64,000 nucleotides of DNA from an uncultured Phycisphaeraceae bacterium. Its GTDB lineage: Bacteria > Planctomycetota > Phycisphaerae > Phycisphaerales > UBA1924. Of this stretch, positions 1-10,173 are shown in pieces. The stretch spans positions 2,315 through 66,314 of the forward strand of contig CAYGSG010000007.1 of NCBI GenBank assembly GCA_964352615.1, in the 5' to 3' direction. Position 1 is the first letter of the stretch, and each line of letters begins with the position of its first letter. The translations under genes were made by a program, and so were the position numbers. Under the pieces are notes generated by a model that was not told the DNA's origin, did not search any database, and worked only from the letters and a program-made list of their open reading frames with translations.

Positions 1-56
1 TACATGAAAGAGGTACCCAGATGGACGCACAGATCTGATTTCGCGGAAGCGATGGT

Positions 57-413
57 TTGGACAAGAAGATTCGCATGATCGCCGGCCGATGCGGCGGGGC
101 GACTCGCGGCATGCCCAGGACGTTATTGCTTGCGATTTCGGCACCCGATCCGACGACGACGCCGGACTGCGAACACGCGGAGCCGCGTGCGTTCTGGATC
201 AATCAGCTCGACACGGAGATCACCTTCAAGGCGGCGGCCGAGATGCTCGGTGCGATGCAGGGGCTGATCGACATGCTTGAGGGCGAGTTCGTTGATCGCT
301 TCGGCCAAGAGTTCAGAGAGGTCATCGACGACGCCCGCGGTCGCGGGCACTCGGTCCGGATGAACCTGGTGCCGACGGAACCGGTGACGGCGCGCCCGTG
401 GCCGACCCGGTGA
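57..413 (+). CDS. hypothetical protein
   Basis: 118-aa track ORF with no motif recognised. The start is uncertain. Confidence 0.25.
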   Translation: MDKKIRMIAGRCGGATRGMPRTLLLAISAPDPTTTPDCEHAEPRAFWINQLDTEITFKAAAEMLGAMQGLIDMLEGEFVDRFGQEFREVIDDARGRGHSVRMNLVPTEPVTARPWPTR

Positions 414-440
414 GATCAGAGAAGCTGCGAAACCTGCCAA

Positions 441-755
441 TTGTGGCGGACGGCATGCCAACAGAAATCTGCACCAGATCACACGATTGAAGGAAGGAGT
501 TTGGGCGGCGTCATGGAAGTACAGAAGCGGAAGAGCATGAACCAGCACGACCGGTCATCAGATCCGCCCGGAGGCGGGGGCGACGGAAGCCCTCGCCGAC
601 GCGGGCGGAAGGCGAAGCCGGTCAGGTTCGCTGCCGCTGAGTACAGACAGCAGTCGCCCCAGGAGGAGCAGCTTTTCCGTGAGGCCGTCCGCCTCCTGAT
701 CGCAGTGATCGCTCGCGATGTTCTGGACGGCCATAAGGAGAGCAGGCATGAATGA
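441..755 (+). CDS. hypothetical small basic protein upstream of the recombinase
   Basis: 104-aa track ORF with a Gly/Arg-rich N-terminus and a helical C-terminus. It overlaps the recombinase start and no family was recognised. Confidence 0.2.
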   Translation: MWRTACQQKSAPDHTIEGRSLGGVMEVQKRKSMNQHDRSSDPPGGGGDGSPRRRGRKAKPVRFAAAEYRQQSPQEEQLFREAVRLLIAVIARDVLDGHKESRHE

Positions 756-2691
756 TCAGCCGCTCAAAGGGGAATACGGAATCCCCGTCTACAGATCCTC
801 GACAGAGGAACAGCTCGAATCGGTCCCCGCACAACGCCGGTACATCGGCGAGTGGTTCATACGGGCGGGCATGATCGCGTTGGACGCGATCGACTTCGGC
901 GGTCGGACAGGATCCGACGAACGGAACATTGACGCCATCGCTGATGAGGCGATCCGTCGCAAGCTGGCCGGCGAGACGGTGAATCACCTTGTGTTCTATG
1001 ACTCGACGCGTCGGGCACGCACGGGGGCACAGCACTGGATGACCGTCAAGCACAAGCTCGGGCTGCACGGAATCCGGGTGATCGCGATCACCCGGTGGTC
1101 GCCGGTAAAGATGCCGGGTGAGGACATCCTCGACTGCATCGATGCGTATGCGGCCAGGCAGTCGTCGGAGACGGCCGCGAACGCGTCGGCTCGGAACTCG
1201 CAGCTTAGGTTGTTGGATAGCAAGCGGAATCATTCTTCGCGAGCACCGTTCGGACTCGACCGGCTGTACATCGACAGCAAGGACGAGCCGGTCGAGATCG
1301 TCCGAGAGCACCCGGATGCCACTCGGGACGTGATCGACGCGGTGACCGGCGAGACGAAGTACACGCTTGAGAAAGGCGAGTTCTACGACAAGTCGGACCG
1401 GCATCGCGTGGAGCTCATCGAGGGCCGGGCCGACAGGGTGCACACCGTGCGTCAGATTTATCACCTGAAGTACATGAAGGGTCTCGGTCCGGATCAGACT
1501 GCCAGGGCACTGAATGATGCTGGGGTGGTGTCACCGCGAGGTGCGTTCTGGAGTTCGTCAACCATCCATAGCATCGCCAGAAACCCTGTGTACCTTGGCC
1601 GCGGGCGGGCGAACTGGATCAGCCAAGCGTTCTACTACCGGCAGCATCCGGATGGACCAAGGCCAACGGGCCGCGAGGTTGGCGTCCCCGAGAAGGTGTA
1701 CCGACCGCGTGAAGACTGGGTCTTTCGCGAGTACGACGGTCTACGTGACTTCCTGCCGGCTGATGTCCGCGAGAAGGCCGAGGCCGCGATCGATGACTAT
1801 CTGGAGCGGGCCGCGTCCGGACGCGTACCGCAGAAGAAGAAGCTCAAGGCAAACGGTCGGGGCACGTGGCCGCTGAGCGGGATCCTGATCGACGAGCGGA
1901 TCGGTAAGCCGATGGCCGGCACCGACTCCGGTCGAACGCGTCACCGCTACTACACATCGAACAGCCTCGACAACCTCGCGAAGTCGGAACTGAAGGTCAA
2001 GCGTGCGATGATCCCGGCGGACCCTCTGGAGCGGTTCGTGCTTGAGCGAGTTGAGCAGGTTGTCTGCTCGCTGCCCACGCTCCGCGATGACATCGCGGCC
2101 GAGTTGATGCGGCAGCAGGCCGAGCGTGAGAAGCAGAAGGGAAACCTGCCAGAGCTGAAGAAGCAGCTCGAACGAGTGAACAAGGCCATCGCAGTACAGG
2201 ACCGGATGCTTTCTCGCGTCGATGACACCGCACGCATCGAGGCGGAAATCGAACGGCTCAACGATGAGGCAACGGCACTTGTTCAGCAAATCACACTGCT
2301 TGGTGGCAGTGAAGAACTCGCCGACGAACAGATCGATGAGATGGTCGGCGTTGTCGTCGAACGGCTCGAAGCCCTGGGCACCGAAGCTCTCGACGGCGAC
2401 CGCACCGCACTTCGATCGCTTTGCGAAGTCCTCATCGACGAAGCCATCGCGAATCCGGAGACGCGTGAGGTGCGGTTTAGGTTCGCTGTGCCCGGCTGGG
2501 CGTTCGAGGACGCAATTGGAAGGGCAGTACCCAAGCTCGAACCCAAGCTTGGGGGGCATCCTTCCAAATGGACAAGCGTGACGCTTGGAGAGGCAACCGC
2601 TTGTGTACCAAAGCGTTGCAACAGAAAATGCCGTCGAGGCTTCAAACGGCTTGGATGTGACTCTTGCCGTCGTGGGCATGAGGCCGCATGA
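748..2691 (+). CDS. large serine recombinase (integrase/resolvase family)
   Basis: N-terminal IPVYRSSTEEQ fits the catalytic-serine motif of serine recombinases. The ~650-aa size with a coiled-coil-rich C-terminal half is typical of large serine integrases. AAGGAG at 735-740 lies 7 nt before ATG 748, whereas the track ORF starts at ATG 718. Confidence 0.85.
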   Translation: MNDQPLKGEYGIPVYRSSTEEQLESVPAQRRYIGEWFIRAGMIALDAIDFGGRTGSDERNIDAIADEAIRRKLAGETVNHLVFYDSTRRARTGAQHWMTVKHKLGLHGIRVIAITRWSPVKMPGEDILDCIDAYAARQSSETAANASARNSQLRLLDSKRNHSSRAPFGLDRLYIDSKDEPVEIVREHPDATRDVIDAVTGETKYTLEKGEFYDKSDRHRVELIEGRADRVHTVRQIYHLKYMKGLGPDQTARALNDAGVVSPRGAFWSSSTIHSIARNPVYLGRGRANWISQAFYYRQHPDGPRPTGREVGVPEKVYRPREDWVFREYDGLRDFLPADVREKAEAAIDDYLERAASGRVPQKKKLKANGRGTWPLSGILIDERIGKPMAGTDSGRTRHRYYTSNSLDNLAKSELKVKRAMIPADPLERFVLERVEQVVCSLPTLRDDIAAELMRQQAEREKQKGNLPELKKQLERVNKAIAVQDRMLSRVDDTARIEAEIERLNDEATALVQQITLLGGSEELADEQIDEMVGVVVERLEALGTEALDGDRTALRSLCEVLIDEAIANPETREVRFRFAVPGWAFEDAIGRAVPKLEPKLGGHPSKWTSVTLGEATACVPKRCNRKCRRGFKRLGCDSCRRGHEAA

Positions 2692-2826
2692 GGATCTTGG
2701 TCCATTGAGGCAGGATCCGTCTTGAAGCGTTGATGACATCGTTTTCGCCCCCCTTGGTCTAACGGCCAAGGGCGGCTTTGAAAAAAATCGCGACGACGGC
2801 TCCGCCGTCGAGCACACGGAGGAGAC

Positions 2827-3684
2827 ATGCACGACGGCTCACTCAGCGATATCGAGAAGGCGTGGCTCATTGGCATCGACGCTCTGCTGATGCACGGTTC
2901 GCCGCAAGGACATGCGGTGACAGCGGGACGGATCGTCGATCTGTGGGGTGCGGGCGGGACCGAGTTCAAGAAGGAGCTTGCCCATCGGGCGGAAATTTGG
3001 AACAAGCGTCAGGTACACATGACGATGGTGGTTTCTGACCACATGGGACCGTGTCATAGGTTGCTTCAGTTGTTGGATCTGCCCAGTGAAAGTCATTCCA
3101 AGAATCAACAGACCACTCCGAAGCCGAAACGGAAGGGTCCAAACAGATCCGTGGTTCGGCCGAGTTGCCGCAACACGCATCGACGGCAGATGACCGATGA
3201 CGAAGTGGCGAGGTTTCTCAAGCTGATCGACGATCAAGGCATCGAGGCGGTCTTTGACCTTGGGAACTCGATCAACTCCAATGATGAGCTCTTTCGCCCC
3301 CCACTGATCGTGCTCGACCGGGTGGGAGTGTTCCATGAGCAGATCGCCCCTCTCTACGAGTGTGGTGAGATCAAGAGATCATGGGATCCCAAACAGCGGG
3401 ATCCGGCAATCGCTCTGGCGTTTGACTTGGCGTTACTCGTGATGCTGAGGGAGAAGAAGTGGACTTGGGTGATCTGCGATCGACACTTCGCGAGACTGCC
3501 GTGGGGCCACTCGTGCAAGATGACGCCCGAAGGTCGACCGGGGTGGAAGCTGATCACCGCGATGCTTGAGGATGCGGGGCTGATCGAGCAGCGTAGCGGG
3601 CAGACTTGGCGATTGACGAAGGCTGGGAAGGCGGCGGCTGAGCAGGTGAGGGTAGAGTGGCGGCTGAATTCGACTGCTAATTGA
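2827..3684 (+). CDS. hypothetical protein with a possible C-terminal winged-helix
   Basis: 285-aa track ORF. The C-terminal ...AMLEDAGLIEQRSGQTWRLTKAGKAAAEQ resembles a wHTH recognition segment. The basic linker (KPKRKGPNR) suggests the real CDS may start at ATG 3190 (MTDDEVARF...). The region is visibly more A/T-rich than the rest of the window. Confidence 0.4.
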   Translation: MHDGSLSDIEKAWLIGIDALLMHGSPQGHAVTAGRIVDLWGAGGTEFKKELAHRAEIWNKRQVHMTMVVSDHMGPCHRLLQLLDLPSESHSKNQQTTPKPKRKGPNRSVVRPSCRNTHRRQMTDDEVARFLKLIDDQGIEAVFDLGNSINSNDELFRPPLIVLDRVGVFHEQIAPLYECGEIKRSWDPKQRDPAIALAFDLALLVMLREKKWTWVICDRHFARLPWGHSCKMTPEGRPGWKLITAMLEDAGLIEQRSGQTWRLTKAGKAAAEQVRVEWRLNSTAN

Positions 3685-3730
3685 GGTGAATGGGCATGTA
3701 TAAAGTGTGTTGAGTTTTGCCTCACAGTTT

Positions 3731-5334
3731 TTACCACCCTGCACGCAGGATTTCATCCTTGGCGGTTCGCGCGAGTACCCGCTCGCAGGTTTCCCAATTC
3801 ACAGGAAACACAGCATTGTATCGAACTTCAAATGGATGCTTCTGGGGCACAGCGTCGATCACCTTCTTGGCGTGCTCCTCTTCACCCATAGCAAGGTCGA
3901 TCCACACGTCTTCCAGTACATCTGGGACTTGGCCGAACAGCGTGAAAATGCCTTGCAGTCTCGATGACAGCAGTTGGTGAACCCTGTCTTCGACAGATCC
4001 GAGGTATCGCATGTTGTAGATAAGCACGACATCATTATTCTGGCCGATACGCTGGATACGCCCCTTGCGCTGTTCGAGCCTAGTAGGGTTCCACGGAAGG
4101 TCGAGATTGATGAGCGTCCCCAGGCGCTGAAGATTCAATCCTTCGGACGCTGCATCGGTGCCGAGCAGCAATCGCAACGCACCGCTACGCACATCGGCTT
4201 TGATCACCTCGCGATCACATGACTGAAATCGTCCATTCCTGTAAACCCCTGATCGCCCAGAGCCAGCATAGATGGCGATCGGTTCATTAGGGAAGTCATT
4301 GATGAGTTGCTCTGCCAGCCACCGAACCGAGTCATAGTACTGGCTGAAGATAATGCAACCCCGATTCAGCCATGAGCGATTCCGGAGGCACTCAAGAACT
4401 ACCGCATATTTAGGATCTCGCTCAGTGTTCGCTTCTAACGCCTTCACAAATTTCTCGAGCAGATGCCGCTCTGATTCAGTTAGTGACTTTGACTGTACCG
4501 CTCTTGGCTCATCCGATGCATCATCAGCTTCTCGCTCCAATTGCACCTTGTCGAGATCTCGCCACGAGTTCAGCATCTGCTGGGCAGTTGCCTTACCTGC
4601 AGCTATCGTGCTGCCGACGCGGCGGAGCAAAAGAGTCCTTAAAAAGCCTGCCCCTCTTACACGGGCACCAAGTTCGCGACAGAAAGCTTCGGCCGTCTCG
4701 TACGCTTCCTTGAGGTACGGGGACAGCTTGATGGCATCATCGTCGTCTTCCCCGAACAGATCCACCCGGATCGGCTTAAGAAATGGCTCATTGGTTTCTG
4801 GGTCAATCGTGTCTTCGAGATACTTCCGACTTCTTCGAACTATGTGCCGAATAAATGGATTGTGGTCAGTGAAGAATCGCGGGAACAACTGCCTCACGCG
4901 ACTCTGGTCAGGTGGTCGCAAGCGATCCCAATCACTGCCCGAAGCTGTCACCTTCGAATCATCGATTTGGAGTGATCGCCGTATGAGCTCGAAGTCGCGA
5001 TGCTCCTGCCGTGGGGGGAGTGGCGTTCTCACCCATTCCCATCGCTCTAGATCATCGTCTGGAGGATCGATTTGCCTTGTTACGAGATTGAGTGCTTGTT
5101 CCGCCCGTTTCCATTTGCTCCACATCCCGCCAAGAACCGCGTCGCTACCTCTCGAAAGCACATCCAGTAGATCCCAAGCCTCAATGGGTCTCAGTTGAAC
5201 AGGTGTCGCGGTTGCGAGAAGCATGCTCTTTGTCTGCTTCGATATCTCGTAGAGAAACTTAAGCAAGTTGTTGGGCTCGGGCTTCTCATCGTCCTTGCCA
5301 TCGCCGAGGTTTTTGCGACGCGCGTTGTGTGCTT
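3731..5334 (-). pseudogene. SNF2-family helicase, N-terminally truncated by IS3 insertion
   Basis: Contains LLATATPVQ (motif III) and the helicase-C motifs TDAASEGLNLQ...LDLPWNPTRLEQRKGRIQRIGQ. The native sequence starts at ...AHNARRKN, immediately after the IS left end. Walker A and the D-E of DEAH are missing. Residues 1-53 of the track ORF (5335-5494) are antisense IS sequence. Confidence 0.8.
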
Positions 5335-5413
5335 TGACCTGCCCCCCAGAAACTAGTCCACCCGCTATGCGATAATGCGGCGGTAAGGACGCATCTGGGA
5401 AGGCAGGTTTTTC

Positions 5414-5692
5414 ATGGCGAGGATCAGGCATTCGGCTGAGCAGATCATCAACAAGCTCCGGGAGGCGGAGGTGCTGCTGGGCGCGGGGACGCAAGTCCCC
5501 GAGGTAGCCAGGCAGCTGGGGGTGACGGTGCAGACGTACTACCGATGGCGCAAGGAGTACGGCGGGCTCAAGACAGACCAGGCGAAGAAGCTCAAGGAGC
5601 TCGAGCGTGAGAATGCCCGGCTCAAGAAGCTGGTGGCGGATCTTGCTCTGGACAAGGCGATGCTGCAGGAGGTGGCCTCGGGAAACTTCTAA
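5414..5692 (+). CDS. IS3-family transposase OrfA (HTH)
   Basis: 92 aa. ...[21 protein letters not shown]... followed by a leucine-zipper-like [20 protein letters not shown] is typical of IS3 OrfA. Confidence 0.9.
   Translation: MARIRHSAEQIINKLREAEVLLGAGTQVPEVARQLGVTVQTYYRWRKEYGGLKTDQAKKLKELERENARLKKLVADLALDKAMLQEVASGNF
5680..5686 (+). promoter_or_regulatory. candidate -1 programmed frameshift heptamer G GGA AAC
   Basis: An X XXY YYZ heptamer lies in the orfA zero frame (tcG GGA AAC), 4 nt before the orfA stop. The -1 frame is open from 5680 ([28 protein letters not shown]...) into orfB. Confidence 0.5.
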
Positions 5693-5721
5693 GCCCGCAC
5701 CGGAAGCGTGAAGCGATCGGT

Positions 5722-6633
5722 GTGTTGTTGGATCGCTTCGACGTCTCCGAGAGGCGGGCGTGCAAGATATTGAAGCAGCCGCGAGCGTCGCAGCGGTACT
5801 TGCCCATCGTGCGTGATGATGAGCAGCCGTTGACGCGGCGGATCATCGAGCTGGCGTGCATGTACGGGCGATACGGGTACCGGCGTGTGACGGCGTTGCT
5901 CCATGACGACGGCTGGTGGGTGAATCACAAGCGTGTAGAGCGGATCTGGCGGCAGGAAGGCCTCAAGGTGCCCAAGAAGCAGCCCAAACGCGGGCGTCTG
6001 TGGCTCAACGACGGCAGCTGTGTCCGTCTTCGCGCCGAGTACAAGGACCACGTGTGGAGCTACGACTTCGTGCAGGCCAGGACGCACGACGGAAGGCCAT
6101 ACAGGATGCTGACGGTGATCGATGAGCACACGCGAGAGTGCCTGGCGATTGACGTGGCAATGCAGCTGAAGAGCGATGATGTCTTGGAGCGGCTCGCGTG
6201 GCTGATGGCGACGCGGGGCGTGCCCGCACACATCCGATCGGACAATGGCGCGGAGTTTACGGCCAAGGCGGTCCGCTGCTGGCTGAAGCGTGTGGGTGTG
6301 AAGACGCTGTACATCGAGCCGGGGAGTCCGTGGGAGAACGGGTACATCGAGAGCTTCAACGGCAAGCTGCGCGACGAGTTGCTCAACGGTGAGATCTTTA
6401 ACACGCTGCTGGAGGCAAAGGTGCTCATCGAGCGATGGCGTGAACACTACAACCGTGTGCGACCGCACTCGTCGCTTGGGTATTGTCCTCCGGCACCGCA
6501 GGCAATCACACCACCAGAGGCCTGCTCCGCTCCGCAGCCCTCTGGTAGCACAGGGAACGGCCCTTGGAGTAACATAGTCATTGGTACAACAATCGGGGGC
6601 AGGTCAGCCCTGCGCCTCCATTCTTTGATTTGA
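5722..6633 (+). CDS. IS3-family transposase OrfB (rve/DDE integrase core), probably made as an OrfAB fusion
   Basis: [25 protein letters not shown]...[14 protein letters not shown]...[22 protein letters not shown]...[12 protein letters not shown] are DDE-domain hallmarks. There is no ATG: the track start is GTG 5722 and the frame is -1 relative to orfA. The ORF runs 27 nt past the right IR. Confidence 0.85.
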   Translation: MLLDRFDVSERRACKILKQPRASQRYLPIVRDDEQPLTRRIIELACMYGRYGYRRVTALLHDDGWWVNHKRVERIWRQEGLKVPKKQPKRGRLWLNDGSCVRLRAEYKDHVWSYDFVQARTHDGRPYRMLTVIDEHTRECLAIDVAMQLKSDDVLERLAWLMATRGVPAHIRSDNGAEFTAKAVRCWLKRVGVKTLYIEPGSPWENGYIESFNGKLRDELLNGEIFNTLLEAKVLIERWREHYNRVRPHSSLGYCPPAPQAITPPEACSAPQPSGSTGNGPWSNIVIGTTIGGRSALRLHSLI

Positions 6634-6676
6634 ATCCGGGTGCATCGCATGTGCTCGCGGCTGCGAATACTGGCGC

Positions 6677-8158
6677 ATGGCAACACAACAGATCGAGCGG
6701 GCTGGGACGGTGGGCGAACTTCGTGCGTTGGGGTGGCGGTCTCGGTCCGTCAAGGCCGAACTGCGTGAGAACATGACGCGGGGCCTTGCGGAGGGCAAAG
6801 AGCTCTTTCCGGGTATTATTGGTTACGAAAGTACAGTGATCCCTGAGATCGTGAACGCCGTGCTGGCCGGGCATGACATGCTCTTTTTGGGCGAGAAAGG
6901 GCAGGCCAAGAGCCGGCTGATGCGCACGCTTGTGCGGTTTCTCGACGAGGGCTTGCCGTACCTCAACATCGCTGGATGCCCGGTGCACGAAGACCCCTAT
7001 GCGCCGATCACCACGGCGGGGAAGCGAGCGAGCGAGGAGATGGGCGAAGATGCCCCGATCGCTTGGTGGCCGCGTGCGAAGCGATATGCCGAACGGCTGG
7101 CACCGGGGACGAAGTTCGCGGACATCATCGGCGAGATCGACCCCGCGAAGATACTAGGGATGAACGCCTCGGTAGAGGATGGCGATTCCGGCTCGCGTGG
7201 GGTGAGCATGGGGAGCGAAGAAGCGCTGCACTTCGGGCTGATACCGCGGATGCACCGCGGGCTCTTTGCAATGAACGAGTTGCCGGACTTGGATGACCTT
7301 GTGCAGGTGGGGCTTTTCAACATACTTGAGGAACGTGATGTGCAGATCCGGGGGTACCCGATCAGTTTTGACATCGATGTGCTGGTCATGTTCAGCGCGA
7401 ATCCTCAGACGTACAACCGGTCGGGCAAGGTGATCCCGCAGCTCAAGGACCGGATCGGCGCGACGATCCGGACGCATTACCCCGCGAGCCGCGACGCTGC
7501 GATCGAGATCACCGAGGCCGAAGCGCTCAAGGACGGGCTTGACCTCGGGGACGTTGCCAAGCCCGAGACTTACCCGGTTATCGTGCCGCGCTTCATGAAG
7601 GAAGTGGTAGAGGAGATATCGATACGCGGGCGCAAGAGCAAGTGGGTGGATCAGGACTCGGGCGTAAGCGCGCGGTTCAGCATCGCGAACTACAAGCAGA
7701 TGGTGGCGAGTGCCCGGCAGCGGGCGATCCGGCTCGGTGAATCACCGTCGGTCGTGCGTGTATCGGACCTTGCGCACTTTCACGCGTCGGCGTTCGGCAA
7801 GCTGGAATTGGACATGATGGGCACGCACCAGATGAGCGAGCGGCAGGTACTCGATGCGCTGCTGGCCGAAGCGATCGGCGTGGTCTTCGAGGAGTACGTA
7901 ACGGACCACGGGCTCGGAAACATCGCAGAGATTTTTGGCAAGGGTGTGAAGATCGAAGTCGGTGACATGGTCCCAAGCCGCGCGTATGCCGAGGTGCTCA
8001 AGCGTGTGCCGGAAGTTTGGCAAAAAGCGTTCGAAGTAAATGCGGCGGAAGACGCGGCTGTGCGTGCGAGCTGCGTGGAGTTTGTTCTGGCGGGACTGTG
8101 GGCGACCGATCGCGTCAGCCGCGGCGAGAGATTCGGACGGTACGAATATCAAGTGTGA
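6677..8158 (+). CDS. ChlI/BchI-like AAA+ ATPase (chelatase-like, function unknown)
   Basis: [37 protein letters not shown] (Walker A) is collinear with the BchI/ChlI N-terminus. Walker B-like [11 protein letters not shown] is present, and the C-terminal ~170 aa is an extra domain. Confidence 0.8.
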   Translation: MATQQIERAGTVGELRALGWRSRSVKAELRENMTRGLAEGKELFPGIIGYESTVIPEIVNAVLAGHDMLFLGEKGQAKSRLMRTLVRFLDEGLPYLNIAGCPVHEDPYAPITTAGKRASEEMGEDAPIAWWPRAKRYAERLAPGTKFADIIGEIDPAKILGMNASVEDGDSGSRGVSMGSEEALHFGLIPRMHRGLFAMNELPDLDDLVQVGLFNILEERDVQIRGYPISFDIDVLVMFSANPQTYNRSGKVIPQLKDRIGATIRTHYPASRDAAIEITEAEALKDGLDLGDVAKPETYPVIVPRFMKEVVEEISIRGRKSKWVDQDSGVSARFSIANYKQMVASARQRAIRLGESPSVVRVSDLAHFHASAFGKLELDMMGTHQMSERQVLDALLAEAIGVVFEEYVTDHGLGNIAEIFGKGVKIEVGDMVPSRAYAEVLKRVPEVWQKAFEVNAAEDAAVRASCVEFVLAGLWATDRVSRGERFGRYEYQV

Positions 8159-8203
8159 ATACGCGCGACCTGATCGATCGATGCGCTCCCGAGGGGCTTT
8201 GCC

Positions 8204-10018
8204 ATGACACCCAAGCGACCACTGGGCGGCCTGATACATTCGTACCAAGGATATGACCCGCAGCGGTTTCCCTCTCCGACGTCCCCGCCGCCGGACATGG
8301 CCGGTGCCGCTATGGAGCACTTCATTCGCTTTGGTGACTATCGCACGCTCACGGATGAGGAGCTTCGCGATGCGGTGGAGATCGACCCGAGCCAGGTCGC
8401 CGGGCTCGGGCCGAGCTTGGACGCGCTGATCGCGATGCTCGAGGAACGGCGGCGGAAGATCCTTGCGACGTACGAGACAGCGACGGTCCGAGCCGAAGCG
8501 GAATCTGCGTTCCGCCGCGCGGTGTCGGAAGTCGTTGCCGGCCGCGATAGCGATGGAAGCGAGCCGCGCGGACGCAAGGGGCAGAGTGGTGCGCCGAGAT
8601 CGAAGCTACGCGAACTCAGGGAAGCGGTGCGGGAGGAGGCGCGTTCGGAGCAGATGCGCGATCTTGAGAGGGTGTGGTACGCCGCAGACCGGTTGGACCA
8701 GGGGCTCGCGGGCGAGATCATGGCGGTGATCGATCATCTCGGGGATCGGTACGAGATTGAGGGTCTCGCGGCTCGCTGGGCATTCACAGGCCACACCACG
8801 ATGACGGTGCCGGCAGCGATCGCGACCAAAGAAGAACTCGAGACGATAGAGGCTCTTCTTGAGCAGCTGCGCGACGCAAAAAAGAACGCGAAGCTCGGTG
8901 TCGTTGATCTTGATGCTCTGAGCAAGTTCGTGGATGAGGCGGGAGTGGATGATTTGCGCGGGCTGCAACAGACGGTAGAGAACTACATGCGCGAGCAGGC
9001 CGAGCGTCAGGGACTTGAGCAAGATGGGGATGGCAACTGGCGTGCGAGCCCGAAGACATACAAGCTCTTTCAGGCGTCCTTGCTCGATGAGATCTTCAGT
9101 GCGCTCGATCCCGCACGGAGCGGGCAGCATCGCGGCCCCGTGGTCGGCGAGGGCGTTGTGGAGATCGCGCGGACGCGGCCGTACGAGTTCGGCGATTCTC
9201 CCGCGGAGATCGACGTGCCGCAAACTCTCATCAATGCCGCAGTGCGTGGAGAGATGGCGAGCGGGCGTGTGCGCATCGGAGCAGAAGACATCGACGTGCA
9301 CCTCACGCGCAACACCCCGAAGTGCGCCACCGCGCTGATCGTCGATATGTCCGGATCGATGGGCAACGGCGGCCAGTACGTTTCGTGCAAGCGCATGGCG
9401 ATCGCGCTCGATGGATTGATCCGGAGCGAGTATCCCGGTGATCACCTGAGCGTGTACGAGATGGCGACGTTCGCGAAATCGGTACCGCCGGGGGAACTGG
9501 CAAAGCTGATGCCCAAGCTGGTGACGACGCGGGATCCTGTGGTGCGGCTGCGGGTGGATATGTCGGACCCTGAGATTACCGAGTCGATGGTGCACCCCCA
9601 CTTTACGAACATCCAGCACGGGCTTGAACTTGCGCGACGCCAGCTCGCGGGCCAAGACACGCCTAACAAGCAGATCTTCCTAATCACGGACGGTTTGCCC
9701 ACAGCGCACTTCGAAAACGGCCCCGAGACCGGTATACCGAACAAGAACGCCGTGGACGGGCGACATCTCTACATGCTGTACCCGCCCGACCCGCTCACGG
9801 AGCGTGCGACCATGCGAGAAGCGGCGGCTTGTGCGCGCGAGGGGATCACAATCAATCTCTTTGTGATCCCGAGCTGGAGCCAGGATGAGGACGACATCGC
9901 GTTCGCGTATCGGCTCGCCGAGCAGACCGGCGGCCGCGTGATCTTCACCGCGGGCAAAGACCTCGACCGATTTGTGCTCTGGGACTACGTCAGCAATCGT
10001 CGGCGGGTGATCGGGTAA
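8204..10018 (+). CDS. vWA domain protein, partner of the ChlI-like ATPase (ChlD-like logic)
   Basis: The C-terminal vWA domain has a MIDAS motif LIVDMSGSMG and a later FLITDGLPT. A long helical N-terminal region precedes it. The gene starts 45 nt after the ATPase gene on the same strand. Confidence 0.8.
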   Translation: MTPKRPLGGLIHSYQGYDPQRFPSPTSPPPDMAGAAMEHFIRFGDYRTLTDEELRDAVEIDPSQVAGLGPSLDALIAMLEERRRKILATYETATVRAEAESAFRRAVSEVVAGRDSDGSEPRGRKGQSGAPRSKLRELREAVREEARSEQMRDLERVWYAADRLDQGLAGEIMAVIDHLGDRYEIEGLAARWAFTGHTTMTVPAAIATKEELETIEALLEQLRDAKKNAKLGVVDLDALSKFVDEAGVDDLRGLQQTVENYMREQAERQGLEQDGDGNWRASPKTYKLFQASLLDEIFSALDPARSGQHRGPVVGEGVVEIARTRPYEFGDSPAEIDVPQTLINAAVRGEMASGRVRIGAEDIDVHLTRNTPKCATALIVDMSGSMGNGGQYVSCKRMAIALDGLIRSEYPGDHLSVYEMATFAKSVPPGELAKLMPKLVTTRDPVVRLRVDMSDPEITESMVHPHFTNIQHGLELARRQLAGQDTPNKQIFLITDGLPTAHFENGPETGIPNKNAVDGRHLYMLYPPDPLTERATMREAAACAREGITINLFVIPSWSQDEDDIAFAYRLAEQTGGRVIFTAGKDLDRFVLWDYVSNRRRVIG

Positions 10019-10173
10019 TGGGCACGCGTTCTCTGGCTGCGCATGGCTGGATCGCCGCAAACGACGCGTATGTGTGAGTTGCCCCTAGAACTTCGTCCCC
10101 GCACTACTGGACAAGGCGGTGTCGGAGCACTTTGACTAGCAATGGAAGCGCCATGGTGATCGCTGGATATCGG

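Larger units (their letters stand above)
5335..6606 (+). mobile_element. IS3-family insertion sequence (1272 bp), apparently complete
   Basis: Terminal inverted repeat TGACCTGCCCCC at 5335-5346, with its reverse complement at 6595-6606 (TG...CA ends). It has the orfA/orfB arrangement with orfB in the -1 frame. The flanking triplets differ (CTT vs GCC), so there is no target-site duplication. Confidence 0.85.

Noticed and set aside
2700-2790. Hairpin CCTTGG-tctaacgg-CCAAGG after the serine recombinase gene, considered as a terminator or att-like site.
   Set aside because: The stem is short and imperfectly extended and no U-run follows. That is insufficient to call either a terminator or a recombination site.
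5335-5494. N-terminal 53 residues of the 587-aa SNF2 track ORF ([17 protein letters not shown]…).
   Set aside because: This part is the antisense strand of the IS3 left end and orfA. Native helicase sequence only begins at the IS junction (5334).
6677-8158. The idea that this AAA+ ATPase is the missing MoxR of the Bat-like operon.
   Set aside because: Its N-terminus is collinear with ChlI/BchI rather than MoxR. It has its own vWA partner. It lies ~39 kb away on the other strand, inside the accessory mosaic.
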